From: Leptogorgia sarmentosa
Taxonomy: Eukaryota
NCBI GenBank assembly: GCA_964658305.1
Contig: OZ210885.1
Span: forward strand, 21,018,001-21,082,000
Direction of reading: 5' to 3'
DNA: 64,000 nucleotides
Positions within the stretch are counted from its first letter, which is position 1. Every line of letters starts with the position of its first letter. The notes beneath the pieces are model-generated. The model was not told the origin of the DNA, ran no database searches, and saw nothing but the letters and a program-made list of their open reading frames with translations. The translations under genes were made by a program, and so were the position numbers. Of this stretch, positions 24,328-36,099 are shown piece after piece.

Positions 24328-25003
24328 ACCCTAGAGTAGGCACTAGGGAGTGGAGACTCCCATCACATCTAACTGGACACAAAGTCACATTGTGAAGTGG
24401 GCACACAGCCACACAACCGGGTGGACACACAGTCCCACCAGGAGATGACATCAAATCCCGTTGACAGTTGGGCACCCAGCCGCACTACAGAATGGACACA
24501 CAGTCCCATCTAAATGATGACATTGGTGAGTAGGACATCTCCACAGCGCCATACGGGCATACTGTAGATAGACCGTGTATGTCCCATAACATGGTGTGGG
24601 AATACTTAAATTTCTATTGTCATTATTCACTGCTATTTAGGCTGTCGAAAACCTGAAGCAGGATTCATGAGTGCGAAATAGCACGAAAATCGAACTGGCA
24701 TAAGCTGAGACAAGCGTATCTTTAAATGCAGGGAAGGACAAGCGCGTCCCGATGGACAAAACGCCGTAGCTGCAGCCCTCGTGCGAAAAGTGAATAAACC
24801 AATATTAGGGCCATTTATACGAGGAAGAATAAGCCGCGGCTTAAATAGGCCGCGGCTAAAATAAGTCGCGAAGGTAACCATTTATACGGCAATTCACTGA
24901 ATTACTTAAAATTAGTCGAAAACACTCATATAATCGGCACAATCCTTTATCACTTTATCGACGGTGCTTTAAATGCCCGTTACCATGACAACTAATAGGG
25001 AAA

Positions 25004-26341
25004 ATGGCTTGCGTTAGGAAAAAAGCCACACAAAAGGCAATACTCTTAAAGAAAAAATCAGTTTTGCATTATCTTTTTACTTCCAAACATTCACTGGCGA
25101 CAAAGATTGCTCTGATACGAATAGTGTTGAAATGTAATGGTCTGTGGGAGTTATACGAGCGAAAAAAACGGCTGTCAAACCGAATACGAGACAGGTCAAC
25201 GGAGTGGGTTGATGTCGATGTCCCTTCAATGGATAATTATGAATTCATGAATAATTTCCGATTGTCGCGCCCAGCCTTCGTTAAACTCTGCCAAATGCTC
25301 GAGCCTCACATACAAAAACAAGAAACGTTTGCGCAGAATACAATAGACGTTGAACGTTGTGTTTTACTGACTCTATACTACCTTGGTCAGGGAGGGAATT
25401 TTCACGCTGTTGCAAATCAGTTTGGGGTTGCTGTACCTACTGTCTCGGTAATCGTCCAACAAGTCACGTCAGTTATAAACAAACAACTACTTCCTGGTCT
25501 TATTACGTTTCCAACAACCGATGAAAAGCTTTCAGCAACAATGAAAACGTTTCGATTTCCAAATTGCGTGGGCGCCATCGATGGTTGTCATATCAAAATA
25601 AAAAAGCCTGTCGTGCATCCAACTGATTACTACAATCGTAAAGGGAACTATAGTCTTCTCATACAGGGACTATGTGATGGGAAAGGGAAGTTTTTAAGCA
25701 TCAGTTGTGGCCACCCTGGTTCAATACATGATGCTAGGATGCTGAGAAGGTCAAAGTTTTACAATAACGTTCAAGTCAAGAGGTATGTATTCCCAACATG
25801 TTTTTATGCACCTATATTTTTATGTAACGGTCAATGTGACTGAATTATTTTAAAAAAGGTAGTTTGCGTAGGCATTATACATGCATTGTTATTCAAGTGT
25901 ATCATTCCTTTTAGGTATCTAAACCGAGCAATAGATTCTCTGCCATTAGTGGTTTTGGGTGATAGTGCATATCCCTTGTTAAGTTGGTTGATGGTCCCCT
26001 TCCAGGATGCAGTGCTGACGACTGAAGAGCAGCAGTTCAACAAATTGCACTCATCATCAAGAATGATAATAGAAAATGCTTTCAAAATGCTAAAGGGACG
26101 ATTCAGAGTTCTGTTGAAGCAGGTTGAATTAGAAACATCTAATGTAGACCAAGTCACACTTACATGTTGCACCCTTCATAATTATTGCATAAAAGAGAAA
26201 GAAGAATACCCAGAAGAGTGGCACATGGATTCAGAAGTTGGACATCCAGCTCCAGTGAATGAAGGAAATGAACAATACAGTGATGAGTGGGGACATGATG
26301 GCCAAGATACACGTGAGATGTTTCTCGAACTCTTATGTTAA
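25004..26341 (+). CDS. Harbinger DDE transposase (HARBI1-like), 2 exons, ~401 aa, intact
   Basis: Exons 25004-25782 and 25915-26341 join in frame. Motifs: GAIDGCHI, YYNRKG, PGSIHDAR, LGDSAYPL, IENAFKMLKGRF. Confidence 0.93.
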
Positions 26342-26644
26342 CAGTAATGTTCAGGCATAACATTTGTTACTACTAAATTTGTTCATGAACAGAAAAGATT
26401 ATCACATCAAAATTATTAATTCACTATTTATTTCAAAATCATTACATTGATGATTGTGTGGTACATTTGAACACTCAAATAATTTGCAAAAATAAACAAT
26501 TAAATTATTAAATAACATTAAATATGTATTCTTAAATATTTCAATATACAATAAATATGTCAAAAAATGAAATTACACAAACTGTATTCCAGTTGCACAC
26601 AACTATGTACATATTTTATATTGAACATAAAAAATAGTGTTCAT

Positions 26645-27886
26645 TTAACATTGTTTGTTTTTATCAGTAAATGATTGATTTCCACCATGAAAATAAGCTT
26701 GTGGCATCAGGGAATGACCTGGCTGGACCTGGTTAAATGCAGGGTACTGTTGATGTTGCACGCCCCTTTCGGCCTGCATCTGCATTATGGCCAGCATATC
26801 CCTTTGAAAAGCTATCTGTGCCTCCTTAGCCTTGCTCTCGTGTTCCATTCGTTCTCTTTCAAGTTTCATTTGTTCCTCCAACCTCTTCTCTTCCAGCTCT
26901 ACAAGCTTGTCAACAAAATAGGTATCTACCAGATCAATCTTTTGTTTTTTGTTATTCTTTGGGTTGTTCTTCAATGTTGATGATACTTCCACAGGATTTC
27001 CTGTTGAGTCATCTTCATTCTCATCCTAGAATATTAAATCTATGTGTTTTGCAAAAGTATCTAACAAAATACACAAGAGGAAAAGGAACAATGCTCTGTG
27101 GATAGTAAAGAAAAATGGAACAAGAGGATACTGTAGTTGATAACAACAACCAACACATACTTACCATATCAACACTTGCTGATGGATCTGTGTCGTGAGT
27201 TGTTTTACTAGCTACTGGTCTATTTCCCCATACAGTATTCGCTAGGTCATAAAATATCCATTCCTTTCTGGAACATCCTGTCTTCCTTAGATTGTGTTCC
27301 CTCACATCACTAAAACACAGAAATTCTGGTATTTTATACTTCAAAGTTTAATTATTATGAACTCTCTAAATTTCCAGCAAGAATGCCTTACTTAAATTTG
27401 GTTTTCAGCTTCCTGTATTTTAGCCGAATCTTTTCTGTATCCTTTTCGGGAAACCCTGCCTCAACCAATCCAGTTCGAATTGTAGCATAAATTTCTTCAT
27501 TCTGTTTTCACAAAAATATAAATATTATATTTATTCAATATTGTATTTCATAATTTATCAGCTCTTGTTGTAAAATAAAAAAACAGCATACTATCTTGTA
27601 TTTTTAATGGTCAGTCCTGTCACACATTCATTGCAAAATTAACTTAACCAGATGAAAAAAAATATAAAGTACAAGCTCTAGCTAATGGACTCACCCCGGC
27701 AGAAGTAACGCATTTGTCCAGTTGATCTGCAATTGCACTTTCAGCACATATAACTAGAAATTGCTTCTCTTCTGCTGATGTCCAAGTCGTTCGTTTTGGT
27801 TTTTGTGCCTGGGTTTTCTTTCTGCTTTTTTGTTCAGTCAGTACAGAGACAGTACTGTCGCCTATAGTACTGTTGCTCGACGCCAT
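26645..27886 (-). CDS. Harbinger Myb/SANT (trihelix) DNA-binding protein, 4 exons
   Basis: Exons 27886-27694 (WTSAEEKQFL), 27501-27392, 27309-27165 (WIFYDLANTVWG.RP) and 27025-26645 (coiled coil), all with GT-AG boundaries. Confidence 0.85.
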
Positions 27887-28623
27887 TTTATGTTTCAGTT
27901 GTCGCGACGAAGCGTTTATACGATGTTTTCGCGCCTAAAATTGGCCGCGGCTAATTTAAGACGAGCCAGGAACCCTGGGCTAAAATTAGCCGCGGCTTAT
28001 TTTAGTCGCGAAGAAATTGTGCGTTTATACAGACGTTCGCGACTTATTTTAGCCGCGGCCTATTTAAGCCGCGGCTTATTCTTCCTCGTATAAATGGCCC
28101 TATTGTCCCAAAGGTGAAGAGAGTAATAACTCGCCCATGCATAGCTAAACCACCATGTGAGATAAAGAACTAACATAATAAACTAAACGACCCGTTTTTG
28201 AATAAAACACAGCGACACACACACGAGTCAACTAAAATCATGGTCACCTCTCGCGTGCCTTCCTCAGTCGTTTGTGTTATCGTGGCGCTTGCCGCTTCGG
28301 TCGACGCTTGTACGTTCAGCTGTGAAGCTGTCGATGGCTCACTTGCCGTGCGCGCGATCGGGCCCATGTTGCCATCGTTGTCTGTAGTTTGAGCAATCTC
28401 AATTGGTTCCCTTTGAGAACGATCGGGAACCACGTTAGGTTGCAAACGCTGAACAATTTCGGTCACTTCTTGTCTGTTAATCGGGTCTCTAGGACGCGCT
28501 TGGCCTTCCATGTTCTTGAGCTGAATTTTATGTGCCTTCCTAGCTTAACTGACACTGTGAATATCCTTAACTTGCTTAATATAGCACTGCGAGGTTTATG
28601 GATATTCAATGAGGTGTGAATAG

Positions 28624-29170
28624 TATGATATATCAGTGTTTTCTGAATAACATATGTGAAAATAAAAAATTTCTATAGAATAGGTAATGAAAAAAAGGAC
28701 TTGAAGTTCACATGCCTTTCCGTTTGAGTTGAAGACTAATTCTCATATCAAACTTTACTTTAAAATGGCAAAAACACGGCAGTGTATAAAAATATTAAGG
28801 ACAAGCAATACATTGTTGGAATTATCATTGAAATATGTATAATATATTGCAAAATGAAAAACCTATGGCTAGAATGAAGCGAGAAAATGACTTGAAATTT
28901 AACATGCACATTCCTGAGAAACGCATCATATTACATCAATGTTCAAAGTAAAAAAACGCATTGATATGATTCGGTCCCCAGGCCAAGCTATACATCGTAT
29001 GATATATCAGTGTTTTCTGAATAACATTTGTGAAAATAAAAAATTTCTATAGAAGAGGTAATGAAAAAAAAAGGACTTGACTAATTCTCATATCAAACCT
29101 TTACTTTAAAATGGCAAAAACACGGCCGTGTATAAAAATATTAAAGGCAAGCAATACATTGTTGGGATTG
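28624..29170 (+). repeat. Continuation of the ~375-bp satellite (about 1.5 units)
   Basis: Resumes at GTATGATATATCAG, in register with the break at 21953 (TACATTGT). Confidence 0.92.
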
Positions 29171-29519
29171 TGAATGAAATGTTTTTAAGTATAGTTTGAA
29201 GTGAAAATTGTATGTCTAGTATTCGAAAAATTCAAAGATAAATGAGTTTCATTAATTTGTTTCTCAGGTTGAAACAAGGACTTTTGTAACTTATTAAAGT
29301 TCTTCAGTATAAAGAATTAGTTTCTGTTTGAATGTAATTATAATATATGGAGATCTATTATTAGATGTTATATGTAGTGTGCCACAGGCCAGCCATCCCC
29401 TCCTTTTGACAATTCTAATTATTAAGGTTCTTTACATGATATAGCTTTTGCTCATCTGTGTGCACATTCTCTTATATATAGGAGTTCATACATGCAGTTT
29501 TATCAGGTAAATCGATTGA

Positions 29520-29720
29520 TTAGAGGTCTTAGGGTCGAAATGACCTTAACCTACTCTCAAACTTTAAATTGGTAGGACGTCCGACTTGCTTGATTGAAGC
29601 CAGACCCTCGAATGCGAGCTCTTAGTGGGCCATTTTTGGTAAGCAGAACTGGCAATGCGGATGAACCGAACGCCAAGTTAAGGTGCCAAAGTCGACGCTC
29701 ATCAGATCCCACAAAAGGTG
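29520..29720 (+). rRNA. 28S rRNA pseudogene fragment
   Basis: CTCAAACTTTAAATTGGTAG, AGTGGGCCATTTTTGGTAAGCAGAACTGGC, GATGAACCGAACG, CTCATCAGATCCCACAAAAGGTG. Confidence 0.92.
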
Positions 29721-29936
29721 GATAAGCGGCCGTTAAGCCGCATTGGTTTTCAATCTAATAAATACATCCCTTCCACGAGAGTCGGGACATTTCGCATGTA
29801 TTAGCTCTAGAATTACTACGGTTATCCAAGTAGTAAGACAGTACAATCAAATAAACGATAACTGATTTAATGAGCCATTCGCAGTTTAACAGTACAAGTG
29901 CTTATACTTGGACATGCATGGCTTAACCTTTGAGAC
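29721..29936 (-). rRNA. 18S rRNA 5' pseudogene fragment
   Basis: Reverse complement of GTCTCAAAG.TTAAGCCATGCATGTC, TGCGAATGGCTCATTAAATCAG and TTCTAGAGCTAATACATGC. Confidence 0.92.
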
Positions 29937-29989
29937 TATGGTAGGTGAAATGGTGCAATATTCAAGAAACTCATTCGCACTCACTAAAT

Positions 29990-30260
29990 TAAATATTCAC
30001 ATTGAACACATCGCATTTTAATTCAAAAATGAGAGTATTCATATTCAACAAAACGCCTTCTTATTCAACAAAATCTTATTCACATTCAACAAAATACATA
30101 GTATTCATATTCAACAAAACACTATTCACATTCAACAAAATAAATAGTATTCATATTCAACAAAACACTATTCACATTCAACAAAATAAACAGTATTCAC
30201 ACTCAACAAAACACTATTCACATTCAACAAAATAGAAATATTATTCACATTCAACAAATT
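29990..30260 (+). repeat. Short TTCA[C/T]ATTCAACAAAA subterminal tandem array
   Basis: About 10 copies with ~20-25 bp spacing. Confidence 0.9.
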
Positions 30261-30315
30261 AAAATTGTTGTCAACAAATTCCGGAAGCCTTTGCGCGTTT
30301 GTTACCCACTGTAAA

Positions 30316-31480
30316 ATGGCGGATTCCCTTCGCGAAGAAATACGAGCATGTGTCCGAGAAGAACTGCAAAAGATTGATCAAATAAGCAACCAAAGTCTGG
30401 TGCAAAGAACACGCAGCCTAATTGAGGCATCGGCGACATCAGCATCTCAAAATTTAGCCAGAAATGAGTCACTGCGTAATATAAACCCAAGTAGTAGTAA
30501 TAGTCCATTGGCGTCGACGCCACGTTTGTCCAGCAACAAGCGACCAGCACCTGGACATCCTTTACGATTTACAGGGAAGAAATCTAAGCAGAAAACGAGC
30601 AATGCTGCTACGCCGCAAATAGTTCCAAAGACAGTTTATCTTATTGAAAACGTGGCTTATCAGAATAAATCCGACTATAGTTTGACAGAATCAATGATCC
30701 TTGTCAAAGGCGAGTGTGATCTTAAATCAACATATTCGGAAGACGAAATTCGTTCAGAACTTACCAGTCTGTTTAAAGTAAAACTGCCTCTCATTACTAA
30801 GAAAGATTTCGATTTCGTTAGACGTGACAGGAACACTATCACTACTTCTATTGTCAAAGCTGAACATCAGTGGGATTTTAAACACGTTAAACAGTTGTGT
30901 GGACAAGGGAAACTTTACATTAGACTGAATGTTATTAAAGATATCCTTGTTGACGATGAAACAGCTGAAGATTCTGATGAAATAACTGAAATTGAAGGTA
31001 TACATGATGAGGTGGCTGCAAATGTTGATGTTGAAAATGTCAACATTTCATCAACTGTGGTTCACATTGATAACAATACGCCTTCGACTTCGGCTGGCCA
31101 CTCATTTTTTGATGAAAGTCTAGCTAATCTGAGAATGGTTTTCCCAGAAGAAGACGAAGATGTAGTTCGAGAGACTCTAATTCGGTATGAAGATCCAGAC
31201 ATTGCAGCACACGCTTTGAGTGATGAGTCAACACAAGCACAAGATGAGCCAGTTTCAGAAGTGCTTAAACGGCTAAGAAAACAAATGGGAAGTATAGGGA
31301 GTGCAGAGAAGTTAAAAGTTGATGAAGAGGATTTAGCAGTCGACTTTTTCCAGTATTATAAAAGCAGTTCTTTTGACCCAAAGATACCAGTGAAGATCCA
31401 GCTAACAGGTCAGCCAGCTATTGACTCTGGAGGTGTACTGAGACAGGCATTCAGTACTGCTTTTACACTGCTTTCAGAAA
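30316..31480 (+). CDS. G2E3-like protein with the start of a HECT domain, truncated
   Basis: Starts MADSLREEI. Contains a CUE/UBA-like [17 protein letters not shown] and the HECT N-lobe start [39 protein letters not shown]. Confidence 0.75.
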
Positions 31481-32761
31481 ATGATTTCCTTGCATTGCTT
31501 TCTTCCATTTGCTGACATAAACGGGATAGGGAACAGACTCTTCGTTTTTTGTTAGATTGAACATTAGATCAATTGGGAGGCGAGGTGATCGGCCAAATAG
31601 TAGGAGGAACGGCGAGAAGCCAGTCGACTTGTGCTTGGTACAGTTATACGCGTGCACCAGCTTGTTCATGTGATCTTTCCAATTGGATTTGTACACTTCG
31701 GGTAGAGTGCGCAGCATGTGTAATATCGTCCTATTCATTCTCTCCACCTGGCCATTGCCCTCGGGATGATATGGTGTGGTTCTCGAATGCGCGACGCCCG
31801 TGAGTTGTTCCAATCTACGGAACAGTCGGTTTTCGAATTCTCCGCCCTGGTCATGATGTATTCTGGATGGAAAACCAAAGCGTGGGATGAAATCGTTGTA
31901 AATCTTCTCAGCGGCGGTCGCAGCAGACTTGTTTCGCGTCGGATATGCTTGTACATACCTCGTAAAATGGTCAACGGCGACTAAAATATACTCGAAGCCT
32001 CCTGAGCTCCTCCGCTCCAAATGCACGAAATCAATGGCTACTAACTCAAATGGTGCTGATGTGGTGATGGATTGCATGGGTTCTCTAGTCGTGAGAGTAG
32101 GTTTCTTTTGCTTGACACAACTGCACACGTTCGTTATCAAGTGTTCGATGTCGCTCCTCATACCGGGCCAGTAAAACCTTTCACGGGTGAGGTGAAAAAC
32201 ACGTTCTGCACCAAGATGTCCCATTTTTTCATGAAGTTCTCGAAATACCAGTGTTCTAAATTTACTTGGTAGTATGATCTGTTTACCTCGATACAGAATG
32301 TCTGTCTTTTGGTCAATGCGTAGGTTGTGCCACTCGCGTAGGTATCTTCTCAATTCGGTGGTCTCTCGTTGGTTATAGTTGTAAATAGTTGGTTTCTTTT
32401 CGTCACGCACATACCTCTGCACGTGGCTGATGGTCGGGTCTTCCTTTTGAGCTTGTGCAATATCAGTCGGTTTGAACTGACTACTACTCTCTCCTTCCGG
32501 TAGAAATAGTTTGTCTGGTTCAAGTGCATCCGGGTGGGCCGTCAACGCTGTAATCCAAACGGATTCGCCACAGCTGATAGAGCAGATCTGGGACACCGCT
32601 GCATTGAACTCCTGGTTTGTAACCGTATGTGAACAAGAATCCATAAATTTCTCGAAATCGGCTGGAATTCTAGACAAACTATCCGCGTCGGTGTTCACTC
32701 GGCCAAGCCTGTATTTGACGTCGAATTTAAAATCTGCCAATTCACCAACCCAACATAGCAT
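31463..32761 (-). CDS. Gypsy integrase region
   Basis: [56 protein letters not shown]. Confidence 0.92.
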   Translation of the reverse strand: MLCWVGELADFKFDVKYRLGRVNTDADSLSRIPADFEKFMDSCSHTVTNQEFNAAVSQICSISCGESVWITALTAHPDALEPDKLFLPEGESSSQFKPTDIAQAQKEDPTISHVQRYVRDEKKPTIYNYNQRETTELRRYLREWHNLRIDQKTDILYRGKQIILPSKFRTLVFRELHEKMGHLGAERVFHLTRERFYWPGMRSDIEHLITNVCSCVKQKKPTLTTREPMQSITTSAPFELVAIDFVHLERRSSGGFEYILVAVDHFTRYVQAYPTRNKSAATAAEKIYNDFIPRFGFPSRIHHDQGGEFENRLFRRLEQLTGVAHSRTTPYHPEGNGQVERMNRTILHMLRTLPEVYKSNWKDHMNKLVHAYNCTKHKSTGFSPFLLLFGRSPRLPIDLMFNLTKNEESVPYPVYVSKWKKAMQGNHFLKAV

Positions 32762-34491
32762 AGTACAAATAGTCCCTTAACTGTTCTGTAACTGACCATT
32801 TTAGAGCCAGGAACTCTAGTTTCCCGGCATGTAGGTGGTAGTTCCTTTCTGCTTGTGTGAGTGTCCGGGAGGCGAACGCGATTACTCTTAAGGTACCACC
32901 TTGGTGTTGGTACAGTACTGCTCCAAGCCTGTTCTGGGAAGCATCGGTATGGACGATGAATGAAGAATTATAGTCCGGGTAAGTGAGAATCGGTGGTACA
33001 GAAATGCAGTCGACCAAGGTGTTCAATGCCCACTTGTGTTTTTCTACCCACTGTATACCGTGGTTGGATGGCAACTGTCCGTTCTTCTGGCGGTTTCGAT
33101 TACCGTTAGATTGTCCTTCCAGCAGCTCATAGATAGGTTTTGCGATTTTGGAGAAATCCTTGATGGGGTGTCGATAGACACCTGATAACCCCATCATCCT
33201 TCGAACTTCTCCGACTCTTCGCGGCTTCTGTCACTTCAAGCGCGTGACGGCTTCAGTTGCTTTAGGATCGATGCTATAACCTCGTTCTGATACTATTCTG
33301 CCAAGGAAAGATACTTGTGGTTTGAATAACATACATTTTGCTGGCTTCAATTGGACACCATGCTGCCATAGTTTTCTCAGCACTAACCAGACGTGTTCCA
33401 CATGTTCTTCGAAAGACGATAACATCATCTAGATATGGGATACAGATCTGATCACGTAGATCGCCCAAGCAACCTTCCATAAATCGTTGGAAGCTGGCCG
33501 GCGTGTTTGTCAACCCAAAGGGATGCGCACCCTTTCATAAAGCCCCCATGGTGTCACGAAAGCTGTAAGCAGTTGGCTTTCCGGGCTAACAAAGCCTTGA
33601 TGGTATGCCTTGCCTTGATCTAATGTACTGAACCACGAGTTCCCTCCGAGGTTATCTAGGGTTTCTTGGATCCTGGGAATGGGATGGCGGTCCTGGATAG
33701 TCTTCTCATTCAATGCCCTGTAGTCGACGCATAACCTCATAGTTCCTCTTTCTTCCTCACGCATACGACGCTACTGGAATAGGGTGACTTGGATCTCCTT
33801 ATGAAATTCTTGTTAAGTAGATCTTCCAAGTAATGCTTCACTTTGGGGTAAAGCGGCTGTGGAATCGATGCATAGTTCTTTTAGATGGGTCGTATGCATC
33901 CGATATTGTTGTCATCCACAGCGAAAGCAGCTCTTTCGTCGTATAACATTCCTTTAGCCAACGATTGCTTTTCGGGTGTTAGGCCACTCAAATCGACTTC
34001 GGGTATCAGCTTTTCATTAACTTGGGTCTGCACAGGCTTCGATTCCACTTCGCCTATCCTCAAACCTACTTCTCTGTTCTCCTGGTCTTTTTTAGCTTAA
34101 CTTCCAGTGGTGCTATGGAGTGAACAAGTTCAAGATTCCCCAAGACTGTCCGTCCCGGCAACACAATATCATGCATCGTCTCATTTGTCACCTGAATTTC
34201 CAGAATGGTCGATTTTCCTCTCTTTACTGTTGTTAATGTTTTGTGAACTCTCAGCCCAGCGGGCCACTCGCGTTTTTCGTCTGGTTCGAATAGCACAGGC
34301 CTCATACCTTCAATAGTTCCAGTGTATGGAATGGAATAATAGAGACCTGGGCTCCAGTATCCCAGAGGCCCTCCATGTCCACATCATCTATAAGACATCT
34401 AATAGAGCACTTTCGTCCAACAAGTTTTGCAATGGCAGCCTGTTTCTTTGGAGAGATGTGGCTTGCAAATACTTCAGTATCGGCACCGTCC

Positions 34492-34942
34492 CCTGTCAAA
34501 TTAATAGGAGCTAGTATAGGAAAAACCATGTTTTTCCCATCTTACGACCGCATAACGTTTCCGATCACGTTCTAGCACCATTTTTTGGAAATAACTAGGG
34601 TTTTGGATGAAAATTTTGAACGCAATTTGAACGGAATTAACCCCCAAATAATCGATCGTAAAGTGCTGCCAAGGCAGTCACATTGTTGCGTCAAGACGTT
34701 CGAGCCTATCAACCGGTAAACAAACTTTTTTTTTTTAACTAATCGTTGCCAGAAAGAATATGTTTTGTAAACTTTGGCATCTTGGATGAATTCCCTTGAC
34801 GGACAACTCGGTCGCCGAAACGACGACTAAATATACAGTGAGAATTGTGGACGACAAATTGCAATGTGAAAATCGTAAAATGGGAAATCGTAAATGGGAA
34901 AAACATGGTTTTCCCTATACTAGCTTCTATTAATTTGACCGG
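34492..34942. mobile_element. ~450-bp TIR element inserted in the Gypsy gag-pol region
   Basis: About 45-bp inverted repeats GTCAAATTAATAG[G/A]AGCTAGTATAGG[A/G]AAAACCATGTTTTTCCCA at 34495 and ending at 34939. No clear TSD. Confidence 0.75.
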
Positions 34943-35544
34943 TTGAGCAGCCATATTGGGTCATCCTATATCTATGGATATTAGTGACTGGTATGCAAGT
35001 TTATCCTTTTGTCCAGGCTCTCCGATTTGTCCCTGTATTTTGAACTCCCTGTGGAACATGCTTGTTGGTGCATTCAACACATTTTTTTTACATCTCCCCC
35101 TACCGTTTCAGTTACACTAGGTGTTACACTGTTCGATGTGTCATCTGGATGCTCGAGCATCTGCAGTTGGTTCTGAATCTTGCCCAGGAGTGTTTCTAGC
35201 TGTTCAGTATCGCATCCTTGTACTTCGATAATTTTTATCAAATCCAGCCTACCTTTTCCTTCAGTTTCTTCATCATGTTCGACCCACTTCATATTTTCTC
35301 CCAATTGAACCAATTCCGCCTTCTTCAGCTTCAGTATCCACGACTGGATCTTTATAATCACCTCCTCCGACATTTTCCACACGTTTTATTCAAACAATAA
35401 TTGAGAACTCCAATTCAAACTGGAACACAATACCTCCACTCGTACAAAGTATGTACATATACTTATCCACTTCTTTCGTCAATATCAATTCCCCGTATCC
35501 TCGTCAAAAGTATCCACTTCTACTTCCAAATCGTCTTTAGTTCT

Positions 35545-35557
35545 GGTGGGACCTCCA
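35545..35557 (-). promoter_or_regulatory. Gypsy primer-binding site complementary to the tRNA-Gln 3' end
   Basis: The minus strand reads TGGAGGTCCCACC 2 nt after the LTR end (GTAACA). It complements ...GGUGGGACCUCCA of metazoan tRNA-Gln. Confidence 0.75.
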
Positions 35558-35559
35558 AA

Positions 35560-35732
35560 TGTTACTCTGACATTTTATTATATTTTTAATCAGCTTTTAC
35601 AAAGAAAACTATCCCAAAACAAAACATGTGCTCTTCGCACGTGACAAAATCAAAAAGCGCTAGACTATATATTAAGCGTCAGTTTGTACACTGCTGACCT
35701 AATTAAGCCGTACTCAATATTTTACTGTCACA
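35560..35732 (-). repeat. Gypsy 5' LTR (~173 bp)
   Basis: The minus strand runs TGTGAC...GTAACA with TATA-like and AATAAA signals, next to the PBS. Confidence 0.7.
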
Positions 35733-35905
35733 CATGCCTACATGAACCTTTCTCGAACCTACAATTCGCCGTTGCAACACAACGGAGATTTTCAAGTTGA
35801 GCTATTCCCTCTTCATTCGCCATTACTGGGGGAGTCCTTGTTAGTATCTTTTCCTCCGCTTAGTAATATACTTAAATTCAGCAGGTGATCTTGCCTGATC
35901 TGAAG
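35733..35905 (-). rRNA. 28S rRNA 5' end pseudogene fragment, followed by ITS2 to ~36100
   Basis: Reverse complement of CC.GCTGAATTTAAG.ATATTACTAAGCGGAGGAAAAGA.ACTAAC. Confidence 0.9.
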
Positions 35906-36099
35906 TAAAGTGGATGATGAGTGGAATATGAACGAACGTCGCGCTCGCAAGGACAAATCGTTTTGGGCCTTGTTCGCACGACACACAGGCGTCGGACGTG
36001 CTGCAGTTCAAGGGACGCTTGTTGGAACAACTGACAACTACATTCAAGGGCAAGGGGACGACATGGTCGCTTGTTTGCTCTTTTTTTGAAAACCAACAC

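Larger units (their letters stand above)
24807..28101 (+). mobile_element. Complete PIF/Harbinger transposon (3.3 kb)
   Basis: About 66-bp perfect TIRs (AGGGCCATTTATACGAGGAAGAATAAGCCGCGG...), a 3-bp TSD ATT (24804-24806 and 28102-28104) and two convergent genes. Confidence 0.95.
29937..31480 (+). mobile_element. Left end of an IS3EU-like element carrying a HECT E3 gene, truncated by Gypsy
   Basis: Begins TATGG exactly where 18S homology stops. A TTCACATTCAACAAAA subterminal array follows (29990-30260), then an inward-reading ORF. Confidence 0.55.
31480..35732 (-). mobile_element. Degenerate Ty3/Gypsy LTR retrotransposon (5' LTR, gag, PR, RT, RH, IN); the 3' end is lost
   Basis: Protease LWDTGAQVS; RT RLCVDYRALN...FSTLDQ..AYHQ and YLDD; RNase H HTDAS...ERNY; integrase HHCC plus DF/DQG/E. 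There are multiple frameshifts. Confidence 0.93.
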
